A stretch of DNA of 64,000 bases from Thermomicrobiales bacterium (GTDB lineage: Bacteria; Chloroflexota; Chloroflexia; Thermomicrobiales; UBA6265), in the NCBI GenBank assembly GCA_035944555.1, contig DASZAY010000026.1, positions 117,799 to 181,798 of the forward strand. The letters run 5' to 3'. Below the pieces are notes generated by a model. That model made no database searches. It was not told the origin of the DNA and saw only the letters and a program-made list of their open reading frames with translations. A program made the position numbers and the translations under genes. Below are positions 9,293 through 19,168 of the stretch, in pieces. How positions within the stretch are numbered: position 1 is the stretch's first letter; every line of letters starts with the position of its first letter.

Positions 9293-9597
9293 TGCGCCAC
9301 GACAAGCTGGTCCGTGACCGGATCCCGGAGATCATCCGCGCGGCTGGCGAGACGCCCATCACCCGCACGCTGTCCATCGATGAGCACGTCCCGGCGCTGC
9401 GAACCAAGCTGACCGAAGAGGTCGCCGAGTACCTGGCGGACGCCGATGTCCGGGAACTGGCCGACGTGCTGGAGGTCATGCGGGCGCTGGTCGCCGCACA
9501 CGGTCTGACCTGGGACGAACTCGAATCGATCCGGGCGGCGAAGCGGGCCGAGCGGGGCGGGTTCGACGACGGCGTATTCCTCACCGGGACGCGCTGA
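9289..9597 (+). CDS. MazG-like / phosphoribosyl-ATP pyrophosphohydrolase-like nucleotide pyrophosphohydrolase
   Basis: KLVRDRIPEII...LTEEVAEYL...ELADVLEVMRAL pattern of small all-alpha NTP pyrophosphohydrolases. The start overlaps the PTE stop (GTGATG). Confidence 0.6.
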   Translation: MMRHDKLVRDRIPEIIRAAGETPITRTLSIDEHVPALRTKLTEEVAEYLADADVRELADVLEVMRALVAAHGLTWDELESIRAAKRAERGGFDDGVFLTGTR

Positions 9598-9602
9598 CGC
9601 GG

Positions 9603-9635
9603 CCCGGGGGCGGCTCACCCTGAAACGCCCCCGGG
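9603..9635. terminator. Stem-loop between convergent genes
   Basis: CCCGGGGGCG (9603-9612) pairs with CGCCCCCGGG (9626-9635), with a 13-nt loop. Confidence 0.5.
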
Positions 9636-9668
9636 TTACTGACTCTCCGGTGCGGGAACGGACACCAA

Positions 9669-10100
9669 CTAGGCGCCGGGCGTGGACCGCACGGCGGCGG
9701 CGACTCCCATCGACACCGGATCGCCGGTCGCCATCAGCGAGGCGGTGATCTCGCCACCCAGCTCATCGTCGGCGACCCGGATGGCGGCCAGCACGTGGTC
9801 AGGGACGACGGCCCGCCAGGCGGCCTCGACCTCGTCTGGTGACGCGCCGTCCTCCGGCTCGTCCTCGATCGCGACGAACACCTGTCGCGGACCGGGCCAG
9901 CCGCTGAGGTACAGCGTCCAGGTCTCCCCAGCGACGGCGATATCGTCCTCGGTATCACCCTGGTCGGGCAGGATCTCGACGTCATTCTCGTCGGCATCAA
10001 GGTAGTCAGCGAAGGCCGACTGGAGCGCGACCAGCGCCGTGCCGTGATCGATCACCGGCGCCTCGCCGGGGACGCCGTCGTCCGTGATGGGATCGCTCAT
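9669..10100 (-). CDS. Hypothetical acidic protein
   Basis: 143-aa ORF. Its ATG overlaps the stop of the upstream SMP-30 gene (ATGA), suggesting translational coupling. No family recognised. Confidence 0.45.
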   Translation of the reverse strand: MSDPITDDGVPGEAPVIDHGTALVALQSAFADYLDADENDVEILPDQGDTEDDIAVAGETWTLYLSGWPGPRQVFVAIEDEPEDGASPDEVEAAWRAVVPDHVLAAIRVADDELGGEITASLMATGDPVSMGVAAAVRSTPGA

Positions 10101-11017
10101 CGGGCGGCCACCGCGGCAGGACCCGGGACCACTCCGGTCACACTGGTCTGGATGGCGTAGATACCGGTCTCGGCGGTGACGAACAGGGTCCGCAGGTCGG
10201 CGCCGCCAAAGGTCAGGTTGGCGGGCTGGTGCGGGATCGGTAGGACACCCAGGACCTCACCATTCTGCTCGACCACCCAGATCCCGCCCGGGCCGGTGGC
10301 CCAGAGCCGGCCGTCGGTATCGATCGTCATCCCGTCCGGGCTGCCGGGCATTCCCGTCTTCCGCATGTCGACGAAGACAGCGCCACCGGTCAGTGACCCG
10401 TCATCGTGGACATCGAAGCGGCGGACGACCTGCTGCTGGGTGTCGCTGACGATCAACTGGCGCTGGTCCGGCGTGAAGACCAGGCCGTTGGGCTGGTGGA
10501 AGCGGTCGTCGACGAGCGCGATCCCGCCATCGGGGTCGACGCGATAGACCCCGCTGTGCGGCTGTTCCTTGCCCTCGCCCCCCGGACCGAGCCCGTAGAT
10601 CGGGTCAGTGAAATAGATCCGGCCGGACTCATGGACCACGACGTCGTTGGGACTGTTCAGCCGCTTGCCGTTCCACTCGGACGCGATCACCTCGATGGTG
10701 TCCGGGTCGTCCAGCGAGAAGCGGACGAGCTGGCGGCTGTTCTGCTCACAGCAGAGGATGCGGCCCTGGGCGTCCATGGTCATACCGTTGCCGTTCCGGG
10801 TATTCGTCCGGAAGACCGGCGACGGCCTGTCGACCGGGTCGCCCGGTCGCCAGCGGTGCGCTGTGCTGGTCGGGATGTCACTGAAGATCAGGCTGCCATC
10901 CTCGCCGTCTCCCGCGACCCAGACCGGGCCCTCGGTGAAGGTGTAGGCATCGGACAGCACCTCCGGGGAGGCACCGTCCAGCAGACGGGATACCCCTCGG
11001 TCGTTCTCGATCTCCAC
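10097..11017 (-). CDS. SMP-30/gluconolactonase/LRE-family beta-propeller protein
   Basis: Repeated propeller-like motifs (FTEGPVW, PNGMT/PDGMTID, SPNDVVVH, GRIYFTDP, PNGLVFTPD). Start set at GTG 11017 after AGGAAAGGAAAC; the longer ORF to 11215 adds non-protein-like sequence. Confidence 0.75.
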   Translation of the reverse strand: MEIENDRGVSRLLDGASPEVLSDAYTFTEGPVWVAGDGEDGSLIFSDIPTSTAHRWRPGDPVDRPSPVFRTNTRNGNGMTMDAQGRILCCEQNSRQLVRFSLDDPDTIEVIASEWNGKRLNSPNDVVVHESGRIYFTDPIYGLGPGGEGKEQPHSGVYRVDPDGGIALVDDRFHQPNGLVFTPDQRQLIVSDTQQQVVRRFDVHDDGSLTGGAVFVDMRKTGMPGSPDGMTIDTDGRLWATGPGGIWVVEQNGEVLGVLPIPHQPANLTFGGADLRTLFVTAETGIYAIQTSVTGVVPGPAAVAAR

Positions 11018-11366
11018 GGCGACGTTTCCTTTCCTATGCGATGAGCGGGACGTGCAGGTATCTGGCGGGACAAATGGGAAGGTCCGGTCGAGCTGCGGTC
11101 CGGGTACTGGATCAGCGGTACAGTGTAATGGTCCACCATGCCGGTCCGCACGGCAGCCCGACCGTAACCGTTGCAGCGCCGCCAGCCACGGCGCAGTCGC
11201 CAGCCACGATGTCACCGGATGATCATGTTCCCGCCACGGCCGGACAACATGGAGGCCCGACCATGACCAGTGTCCGGGTTCCTGAGCAGCCCGGACCGGC
11301 CGTGGTGTCGGGTGCCCGGGCCGCGTCGTTCCGCCTGTCCCGCATCACCCGGCTCGAGGTCGCTCC

Positions 11367-12392
11367 ATGCCCATCGCCGTACGCCTGCTCGCCAGCCTGA
11401 TCGCGCTCCTGATCGTCCTGGGCGGAATCGCCGTCGCCATGACATGGGGGCTGACCCGGGTCGGCACCAGCGGGTCCGCCCACCAGTCCTGGGAACAATC
11501 GCTGGACGGGGCGACGAGGCTCTCCGCGCAGGTCCGGGTGGACACGGGCCGGGTGGAACTCGGTCCGACGCTGCCGGCGGGCCCGCCCTTGCCGCCCGGC
11601 ACGGCCATGATGGCTGAGTCTCTGACCCCGCAGACGGCCCCCGCGATGGTCGACGGGTACGCGATGAGCGATGAGGCCCTCCACATCGACTTCGGCGCGA
11701 CGGCTACCAATTTCCCGGAGACGGTCCTGCGCTGGGCCCGGGAACCCGATGCGACCGAATGGGACATCGCGCTGACGCCCGACGTTCCGGTCAACCTGCT
11801 GGTCGAGGTCGGCCGCGGTTCAGCCCGGGTCGACCTGAGCGGGATGACGCTGACCGACCTGCTCATCCAGGTCGGGGTGGGTTCGGTCGACGTCATGCTC
11901 GACCAGTCCAGCGGGTCCGGACAGATCCGGGTCGGGGTGGGCAACGCGACCCTCCGGGTGCCCGACGACGTGCCGGTCCGGGTCGACATTGGAGGGTCAT
12001 CCTCGTTCGACCTCGGCGACGGGTTCGCCTGGGACGGCGCCAGTATCGTCAACGCGGCCTGGCAGGCGCGCGACGACCCGTCGACCGGCCTGTCCCTGAT
12101 CGTCGAAGCGGGAGCCGGGCGGGTCAACCTCGTCACCCTTCACCACACGGGGACTTCCGGGACAACAGAGCCGGCAGGTCGCTCCACCCCCGGAGACACC
12201 TCGGTCCCGGCCAGTCCCGCGCCACCCGGCGCTCAATCCAGCGGGCCTCCCCGGCTGGCGTTGACAGCCACTCGGCCCATCGGCGACGGTACCGCCCGCA
12301 CCGCCGTCCGCCGCTCCACCGGCCGCCTCGGAACTGGATACGGCGCGGCTGGACGGTTCCGCCTCCTCCCGGACAGAAAGGTTCTCCCTTGA
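11367..12392 (+). CDS. Membrane-anchored protein with beta-rich LiaF/DUF4097-like ('toastrack') region and low-complexity tail
   Basis: N-terminal TM segment (LLASLIALLIVLGGIAVAM), then repeated short beta-strand motifs (VGRGSARVDLSG, VGVGSVDVML, VGVGNATLRVP). The family call is tentative. Confidence 0.45.
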   Translation: MPIAVRLLASLIALLIVLGGIAVAMTWGLTRVGTSGSAHQSWEQSLDGATRLSAQVRVDTGRVELGPTLPAGPPLPPGTAMMAESLTPQTAPAMVDGYAMSDEALHIDFGATATNFPETVLRWAREPDATEWDIALTPDVPVNLLVEVGRGSARVDLSGMTLTDLLIQVGVGSVDVMLDQSSGSGQIRVGVGNATLRVPDDVPVRVDIGGSSSFDLGDGFAWDGASIVNAAWQARDDPSTGLSLIVEAGAGRVNLVTLHHTGTSGTTEPAGRSTPGDTSVPASPAPPGAQSSGPPRLALTATRPIGDGTARTAVRRSTGRLGTGYGAAGRFRLLPDRKVLP

Positions 12393-13231
12393 CGACCTCG
12401 CGTGCCAATCCGATCTCCTGCCACCTGATCACCTGGCGCGACGACCTGGAGACCGGCATGCGCGAGGCGTCTGGCCTGGGTTTCCAGGCGTGTGAGACCT
12501 TCACCCATCTCGCCCTGGCCCATGCCGATGACCCGGACGCGTTCCGCGCACTGCTCGCCGGCGAGGGACTGCGCCTGAGCGCCCTCTATGCCGGCGCCCG
12601 GTTCTCGGATGCCGTGACGGCGGGGGAAACGATCGCCGAGATCGAACGGATCGCCCGGTTCCTCGCCGCCCTCGGCGTCGATCGCATCGTGCTCGGTCCG
12701 GGCGGCCCAAGGACCGGTCCCTCCACGCCGGAGATGCTCAAGCAGGCCTGCCAGACGATCGAGGAAGCCGCCCGGCGGACCGCCGCACTCGGCGTCCACG
12801 CCTGCGTTCATCCCCATCTCGGCACCGAGATTCAGGACCGGGCCGAGATCGACGCGATCATGGCCGGGACCGACCCGGAGCTTGTCGGGTTCTGCCCCGA
12901 CACTGCCCACCTGACCGGCGCCGGGATGGATCCCGTCGACCTGATCCGCGTCTATGGCAGGCGGATCGGGTATGTCCACCTCAAGGACATCGGCGACGAC
13001 GCCCCGGTCGGGCCGGACCTCAACTCGTCGGGGACCGACGCGATGACATTCTTCTGCGAGCTGGGCCGGGGCAGCGTCGACTTCCCGGCCGTTCTCGCCG
13101 CACTGCGCGACGTCGGCTACACAGGCTGGATGACCGTCGAGATCGACTCGACGACGACGACCCCGCTCGAGAGCCTGACCATCTGCCGCGACTACCTCGT
13201 CGAGCAGCTGGGCACCACGCTCCAGGCATGA
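12389..13231 (+). CDS. Sugar phosphate isomerase/epimerase (xylose-isomerase-like TIM barrel)
   Basis: ISCHLITW...GFQACE...VHPHLGTEI...FCPDTAHL...YVHLKD...GWMTVE, the metal-ligand pattern of this family. TTG 12389 is the only start upstream of the first beta-strand, so the start is uncertain. Confidence 0.7.
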   Translation: MTTSRANPISCHLITWRDDLETGMREASGLGFQACETFTHLALAHADDPDAFRALLAGEGLRLSALYAGARFSDAVTAGETIAEIERIARFLAALGVDRIVLGPGGPRTGPSTPEMLKQACQTIEEAARRTAALGVHACVHPHLGTEIQDRAEIDAIMAGTDPELVGFCPDTAHLTGAGMDPVDLIRVYGRRIGYVHLKDIGDDAPVGPDLNSSGTDAMTFFCELGRGSVDFPAVLAALRDVGYTGWMTVEIDSTTTTPLESLTICRDYLVEQLGTTLQA

Positions 13232-13298
13232 CGCCGCGACAGGACCGGGCGGCGCTGCGGGCGCCCCGCTCTGACACTCCCGGAAAGGAGGCGCCGGT

Positions 13299-13496
13299 AT
13301 GAGCGATTCCGTCGAGCCCGTCCCGGTCAGCCGCTGGTCCCTTCGCCGGGTCATCATCATGGCGGGGCTGGTTATCGCCGGGGCGGCGCTGGTCGTCATG
13401 CTCCTGGTCGTGATCTCAGACCAAGGTGGCAGCGGCGCGACCGGCACGCAGACCCCGGCCCCGATCGTCTTTCCCACCACGACGATCAACCGTTAG
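13299..13496 (+). CDS. Small single-pass membrane protein, hypothetical
   Basis: Strong RBS GGAAAGGAGG 7 nt upstream of the ATG; one TM helix (VIIMAGLVIAGAALVVMLLVVI). Confidence 0.5.
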   Translation: MSDSVEPVPVSRWSLRRVIIMAGLVIAGAALVVMLLVVISDQGGSGATGTQTPAPIVFPTTTINR

Positions 13497-13677
13497 TCCC
13501 GGCTTCCACTGGCGATGGCCGGGGTCGACAGGGCTGCTGCTATACTCGGATGACGCAACGCCCCATCCCATCCATCACGCTGCCCTACCGTTGCGGACTG
13601 CTGCCCGCCGGCGCCGGTCGTTCCGGCATCCCGTTCGGGTGCACGTCGCCCTGTCCAACTGCGGAGGTATCACCCCG

Positions 13678-14736
13678 GTGTTTCGCCCCCTCTCGGCCTT
13701 CTTCGGCCTGTTCAGCCGTGACCTCGGAATCGATCTCGGGACGGCGAACACCCTGGTCTACGTCCGCGGCAAGGGGATCGTGATCTCCGAGCCGTCGGTG
13801 GTCGCCATCGACACCAAGACCCGGCGGGCGATCACGGTCGGCATCGAGGCCAAGGAGATGATCGGCAAAACGCCGAACTCCGTCATCGCCGTCCGGCCGC
13901 TCAAGGACGGGGTGATCGCCGACTTCGACACCGTCGAGATGATGCTCCACTACTTCATCAAGAAGGTGCACATGCAGCGCCTGATGGCGCCGCATCCTCG
14001 CGTCGTGATCGGGATCCCTTCCGGCGTCACGGAAGTCGAGAAGCGGGCCGCCAAGGATGCGGCGCTGTCGGCCGGCGCCCGTGAGGCCTACACGATCGAG
14101 GAGCCGATGGCCGCCGCGATCGGCGCCGGGCTGCCCATCAACGAGCCGATCGGGTCGATGATCGTCGACATCGGCGGTGGCACCACCGAGGTCGCCGTGA
14201 TTTCGCTGGGCGGCATCGTCGTCAATCACTCGCTCCGGGTGGCCGGCGACGAGATCGACGAAGCGATCGTCCAGTACGCCCGCCGCGACCACAACCTCGT
14301 CATCGGCGAGCGGACAGCCGAGAACGCCAAGATGGCGGCCGGCTCCGCCTACCCGCTGGAGGAAGAGGTTCGCGTTACCCTGCGCGGCCGTGACCTGCTG
14401 ACGGGTCTGCCCAAGTCGGTCGAAATCTCGTCCGTCGAGCTGCGTGAGGCGATCAGCCAGCCGATCAACACCATCATCGAGGTGGTCAAGACGGCGATCG
14501 AGGAGACCCCGCCCGAATTGGTCGCCGACATCATGGAGCACGGCGTGACGCTGGCCGGCGGCGGGGCCCTGCTGCTCGGTTTGGACCGTCGCCTCCAGGC
14601 CGAACTCCGGATGCCCGTCTTCCGCGCCGAGGACCCGCTGACCTGCGTCGCCCGCGGGACGGGCCGCGTCGCCGAATCGCTCCAGCTCTACGAGCGCGCC
14701 CTCGCGGGTGGCCAGGAGATCCGGCGCGCATCCTGA
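13678..14736 (+). CDS. mreB: Rod-shape-determining actin homologue MreB
   Basis: FSRDLGIDLGTANTLVYVRGKGIVISEPSVVA...DIGGGTTEVAVISLGGIV...GGGALL. GTG 13678 lies 10 nt after GGAGG. Confidence 0.95.
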   Translation: MFRPLSAFFGLFSRDLGIDLGTANTLVYVRGKGIVISEPSVVAIDTKTRRAITVGIEAKEMIGKTPNSVIAVRPLKDGVIADFDTVEMMLHYFIKKVHMQRLMAPHPRVVIGIPSGVTEVEKRAAKDAALSAGAREAYTIEEPMAAAIGAGLPINEPIGSMIVDIGGGTTEVAVISLGGIVVNHSLRVAGDEIDEAIVQYARRDHNLVIGERTAENAKMAAGSAYPLEEEVRVTLRGRDLLTGLPKSVEISSVELREAISQPINTIIEVVKTAIEETPPELVADIMEHGVTLAGGGALLLGLDRRLQAELRMPVFRAEDPLTCVARGTGRVAESLQLYERALAGGQEIRRAS

Positions 14737-14765
14737 TCGAAGCCGTCGCCCTCGCCCGCTCCTTT

Positions 14766-14800
14766 ACGAAGCCCGCCGGAACATCTCCGGTGGGCTTCGT
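14766..14800 (+). terminator. Stem-loop after mreB (possible partial terminator/attenuator)
   Basis: 15-bp stem ACGAAGCCCGCCGGA / TCCGGTGGGCTTCGT (one G-U pair) with loop ACATC. There is no clear U-tract. Confidence 0.45.
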
Positions 14801-15027
14801 CGTATCCGGTCCGTTGGCTCCGGACGCCACTGGTATCAGGTGCACCGACGTTGAGGCTGACGGGCCGCCAGGTGATGCCGGATTTGTCCGGACCGCGTGA
14901 AGGCCCGTGCTACCCTTGCCGGACTGTTCTCCGCTGACCCGACGCCCCCGGCCCTCCCGTGTGGGCCGGACGGCGATCGTGCGTCCCGGCCTGACCATCC
15001 CTGCCCCTATCCGTCCGCGAGGCGTGC

Positions 15028-16071
15028 GTGCTCAGACCCCACACCGGCAAGGTCCTCGTCCTGCTCGCCATCTTCGTCGTGCTCAGCGGCGCCACGATCC
15101 TGCTGGATCGCCAGGGGCTGCTCGATCCGATCAAGCGCCCGGCCGAGCGGCTGATCGCGCCGGTGACCAGCACGTTCGGGTCGATGGCTCGGGGGCGGGA
15201 GTCGGACAGCGAAGCCGAGATGGCCGCGATCATCGCCGAGCGGGACTATTACCGGTCCGAGGCGATGCGCCTCCAGAATGCCGAGAGCGAGAACACGCAG
15301 CTCCGCCAGCAGCTCGGCATCGAGCAGAAGTACACCGACTTCGAGGTCATCCCGGCCGGTGTGCTGGCCCGCGACCCGAGCAACAGCCAGAAGTTCATCA
15401 CGATCGACAAGGGATCGGACGACGGCGTCATGGTCGGACAGGCGGTCGTCGACCCGAACAACTACGTCGGACAGATCACCGAGGTCGGCCCGACCCAGTC
15501 CCGGGTCACCCTGCTGATCGATACCCAGGCCAGTCCGCTCAGCGTCGAGATCGTCGACGGGGGCGACGGGATGCTCTACGGGATGTGGCAGGCCGGCGGC
15601 CGGGCGGAGATGCGATACGTCGACCTCGACGCCAACCCGCAACCCGGCGACGCCGTTCTGACCAGTAGCGACGGCGTGACACAATCCCGCGGCGTCCCGG
15701 GCGGCCTGCTGATCGGGACCGTCGGGCCTGGCATCCAGAGCGATCCGCTCAGCGACGAGATCACCGTTCCGGTCATCCCGAACGCGGACTTCGAGAACCT
15801 CGAGGTCGTGACGGTGATCCTGGGTCCCCGGGAAGGCACCGGCGCTACCTCCGTCACGCCGAACGAGCCCGTCCCGTCCGGTGATGAAGCAGGCGACGCC
15901 ACCGGAACCGATGCCGATGCGACAGAGCCGGCATCGAGTACCGAACCCGCCACCGGCGACGGGACGGGCGGCGCCCCGGCCAGTGATCCGAACCGGGACG
16001 AGACGCCATCCGGCGACGCCGATCCGTCAGACGAGGGCAGCGGCGGGACCGACCCGCCACTCGCCGGCTGA
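15028..16071 (+). CDS. mreC: Rod-shape protein MreC with long acidic/Pro/Gly/Thr-rich C-terminal tail
   Basis: N-terminal TM segment, coiled coil (AENTQLRQQLG), and beta-barrel region (VMVGQAVVDPNNYVGQITEVGPTQSRVTLLID; GGLLIGTV). The last ~80 aa are low-complexity. Confidence 0.85.
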   Translation: MLRPHTGKVLVLLAIFVVLSGATILLDRQGLLDPIKRPAERLIAPVTSTFGSMARGRESDSEAEMAAIIAERDYYRSEAMRLQNAESENTQLRQQLGIEQKYTDFEVIPAGVLARDPSNSQKFITIDKGSDDGVMVGQAVVDPNNYVGQITEVGPTQSRVTLLIDTQASPLSVEIVDGGDGMLYGMWQAGGRAEMRYVDLDANPQPGDAVLTSSDGVTQSRGVPGGLLIGTVGPGIQSDPLSDEITVPVIPNADFENLEVVTVILGPREGTGATSVTPNEPVPSGDEAGDATGTDADATEPASSTEPATGDGTGGAPASDPNRDETPSGDADPSDEGSGGTDPPLAG

Positions 16072-16153
16072 TCGCCCCGTCATCCCTTGCCACCCACCCT
16101 TTCAGCACCTGACCCGAGTGTCCCAGCCATCACCTGAGGAAGGACCACCCGAC

Positions 16154-17581
16154 GTGAGCAAGCTCCCCGTCCCCGACCTCCGGCTGGCTACGGCCGTGAC
16201 CGCCGCCCGCCTGACCTTGCTCGGTCTCCGCCGCGCCCGCCGGGGCGGGACGGCCGCGCCTGGCCTCGTCGCCGACCGGATCGACCCGGGCATGCTTGGC
16301 AAGCTTAGCCGCCAGTTGCCCCGCGGCGTCGCGCTGGTCGCCGGCACCAACGGCAAGACCACCGTCAGCCGGATGCTCGCCGACATCCTGATCGCCGACG
16401 GCGCAGACGTCGTCCACAACCGCTCCGGCTCCAACCTCGTTCGCGGGGTAACAGCATCCTTCGCGGAACGGACGGGCCCGACGGGCCGCCTCCGGGGCGA
16501 CGTCGGCGTGATCGAGGCCGACGAGGCCGCCTTCCCGGAACTGCTCCGCCGCATCCGGCCGAAGGTGGTGCTGCTCAACAACCTGTTCCGCGACCAGCTG
16601 GACCGCTACGGTGAGCTGGCCTCGATCGCCCGGAACTGGGAAGCGGCCCTGGCCGAGCTCCCGTCCGACGCCATCGTCGTCGCCAATGTGGACGATCCGC
16701 AGATCGCCCAGATCGTCTCCGGCGTGCGGGCAAGGGTCCTGCCGTTCGGCATCAAGGACAGCAACCCGGCCATCCAGCTCAAGGAGCTGCCGCACGCCGC
16801 CGACACGATCCGTAGCCAGCGGACCGGCCAGCCGCTCGTCTACGACGCGCTCTATGTCGGTCACCTCGGCGCGTGGCGGACGGCGGATGGGACGCATCGC
16901 CGCCCGATACTCGCCTTCGCCGGCGACCATATCCGCCTGGACGGCGTCGACTCGCTGTCGATGTACGTCGATGTCGCCGGTCCGCCGGCCATGACGATCC
17001 CGGTCCAGGTCGGCGTGCCGGGGCTGTACAACGCCTACAACGCGCTGGCCGCCACGGCCGCTGCCCGGGCGCTCGGGGTGGGCAGCACCACCATCCAGGA
17101 CGCGCTCCGGGCCTTCCGGTCGGCGTTCGGCCGGATCGAGCGGGTCCAGGTCGACGGGCGGACGCTGACGCTGGCGCTGGTCAAGAACCCGACGGGCTTC
17201 AACGAGGTTCTCCGGATGCTGACGATGGCCGACGGCCAGCTCGAACAGCCGACGATGATCGCGATCAACGACCTCGACGCCGATGGCCGCGATGTCTCGT
17301 GGCTGTGGGACGTCGACTTCGAGTTGCTCGCCGCCGGCGATACCCCGCTGACGACGGCCGGACTCCGGGCGCCGGCCATGGCTAACCGGCTGAAGTACGC
17401 CGGCGTCGGGACTGACCGGATCACCTCAATTTCCGGCGATCTTCCCGCCGCCCTGACCGCGTTCATCCGGTCGCTGCCCGAAGGCGGCAGTGGCTACATC
17501 CTCCCAACCTACACGGCGATGCTTAACATCCGGGCGGCATTGGCCGAGCGCGGCGTCGTCGAGGCGTTCTGGCGCCAGTAG
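16154..17581 (+). CDS. murT: MurT, Mur-ligase-family subunit of lipid II isoglutaminyl synthase
   Basis: GTNGKTT P-loop and a Mur-ligase central domain. The C-terminal DGRDVSWLWDVDFE motif is characteristic of MurT (DUF1727). GTG 16154 follows GAGGAAGGA. Confidence 0.85.
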   Translation: MSKLPVPDLRLATAVTAARLTLLGLRRARRGGTAAPGLVADRIDPGMLGKLSRQLPRGVALVAGTNGKTTVSRMLADILIADGADVVHNRSGSNLVRGVTASFAERTGPTGRLRGDVGVIEADEAAFPELLRRIRPKVVLLNNLFRDQLDRYGELASIARNWEAALAELPSDAIVVANVDDPQIAQIVSGVRARVLPFGIKDSNPAIQLKELPHAADTIRSQRTGQPLVYDALYVGHLGAWRTADGTHRRPILAFAGDHIRLDGVDSLSMYVDVAGPPAMTIPVQVGVPGLYNAYNALAATAAARALGVGSTTIQDALRAFRSAFGRIERVQVDGRTLTLALVKNPTGFNEVLRMLTMADGQLEQPTMIAINDLDADGRDVSWLWDVDFELLAAGDTPLTTAGLRAPAMANRLKYAGVGTDRITSISGDLPAALTAFIRSLPEGGSGYILPTYTAMLNIRAALAERGVVEAFWRQ

Positions 17582-17653
17582 CGTCCCCGGCTTGCACACA
17601 AACCGTCCCACTCACCAACCCATCACCCGGCACCCCGACGGAGGACACGTCAC

Positions 17654-18376
17654 ATGGATCATGATCTGACCATTGCCTGGCTCTACGGTCGCGAGATGAA
17701 CATCTATGGCGACCGCGGCAACGTCGCCGCCCTGGAACAGCGATCCCGGTGGCGCGGGATCACGGTCACGACTGTCCTGTCCGGGCTGGGCGACCCCATG
17801 CCGGACGCCGACCTCTATTTCTGGGGCGGAGGGCAGGACCAGGAGCAGGTCAACGTCGCCCACGACCTGCAGGGCACCAAGGGCGACGCCCTCAGGGCCG
17901 CGGTTGAGGACGGCGCGGCACTGCTGGCCGTTTGCGGCGGCTATCAGCTCCTCGGCCACGGCTACCATCCACACGATGGCGAGGTCCTGCCGGGGATCAG
18001 CCTGTTCGACGCGACGACGGTCGCCGGGCCGGAGCGGTTCATCGGCAACATCGTGATCGACTCGCCGATCGGCGAACTGGTCGGGTTCGAGAACCACAGC
18101 GGCCTGACGACCCTTGGGCCCGGCTGCCAGCCGCTCGGGCGGGTGCGGGCCGGACGTGGCAACAACGGGCGGGACGGGACCGAGGGGGCGATGTACCGCA
18201 ACGCCATCGGCTGTTACATGCATGGCTCGCTGCTTCCCAAGAACCCGGTACTTGCCGACTGGCTGATCGAGCGGGCGCTGAACCGCCGCCACGGCAGCGT
18301 CACCCTGCCCCCGCTGGACGACACCTTCGAGATCGCGGCCCACCAGAATGCCGTGGGGCGCGCCCTCCACGGGTAG
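17654..18376 (+). CDS. gatD: GatD, glutamine amidotransferase subunit of lipid II isoglutaminyl synthase (CobB/CobQ-like GATase)
   Basis: MNIYGDRGN..., nucleophile motif LLAVCGGYQLLG, and C-terminal YMHGSLLPKNP. It lies directly downstream of murT. Confidence 0.85.
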   Translation: MDHDLTIAWLYGREMNIYGDRGNVAALEQRSRWRGITVTTVLSGLGDPMPDADLYFWGGGQDQEQVNVAHDLQGTKGDALRAAVEDGAALLAVCGGYQLLGHGYHPHDGEVLPGISLFDATTVAGPERFIGNIVIDSPIGELVGFENHSGLTTLGPGCQPLGRVRAGRGNNGRDGTEGAMYRNAIGCYMHGSLLPKNPVLADWLIERALNRRHGSVTLPPLDDTFEIAAHQNAVGRALHG

Positions 18377-18670
18377 CCCGGTGCCGGTCCGACACCGCAG
18401 CGCCGAGGCAAACCTTCGCTACGGGTCAGAGCTGTACGGACAGTCTGGCCCAGCCTGCATGGTAGACTCCGGGACATAACCCGCAGGCCGCAGCACCCCT
18501 TTTACGCACCGCCGAAGGTGGCCCGCGGGATCGTTCCGATCTGTCGATTCGCGGTCCGTCGCGGCCGTCATTCTCCTGTCCGAGGTCGCCGTGTCGCGCC
18601 GAACCTGTCCAGCCGGCGCACCTCGAACCGGTGTCGCGATCTCTCTCCCGACCATGTCCGACCGGCCCCG

Positions 18671-19168
18671 ATGATCGGCCGGGTGCTGTTCGCGGCGCTT
18701 CTGATCGCCGCGACCTTTATCCAGGCCACCGTCCTGCCGGTCTGGTGGCCGCTGGAAGTTCAGCCCAACGTCGCTCTGGTCCTGCTCGTCGTCTGGACGG
18801 GCCTGAACGGGATTCCGGCCGGGATCGTGCTGGCGGCAATCCTCGGCGTCACCCTGGATCTGCTGACGCTGGCGCCGCTGGGGATGAACGGCCTGGCGCT
18901 GCTCTCGGCCGTGCTCATCGCCGGGCTGGCCCGGCAGCGGGTCCTGCGTTCGACGCTGATGATCCCGCTGATCCTGACCGTGATCGCCGCGATCGTGCAG
19001 CCTTTCGTCCTGGCGGTTCTCGCGGGGCTGCTGGGAACCGGTGAAGTACCCGGACGCGCCACGTTGCCAGTCCTCGTCACGCAGGCGTTCCTCTGCGCGG
19101 TCTTCGTTCCCCCGCTCTTCCTCATCGCGAGCTGGTTCGCTCGCCGCTTCCCGGAGGTCAGTCGCTGA
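18671..19168 (+). CDS. mreD: Rod-shape protein MreD
   Basis: 165-aa polytopic membrane protein located between the mre genes and mrdA. Its stop overlaps the mrdA ATG (TGATG). An upstream in-frame start at 18518 is possible but adds Arg-rich non-membrane sequence. Confidence 0.7.
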   Translation: MIGRVLFAALLIAATFIQATVLPVWWPLEVQPNVALVLLVVWTGLNGIPAGIVLAAILGVTLDLLTLAPLGMNGLALLSAVLIAGLARQRVLRSTLMIPLILTVIAAIVQPFVLAVLAGLLGTGEVPGRATLPVLVTQAFLCAVFVPPLFLIASWFARRFPEVSR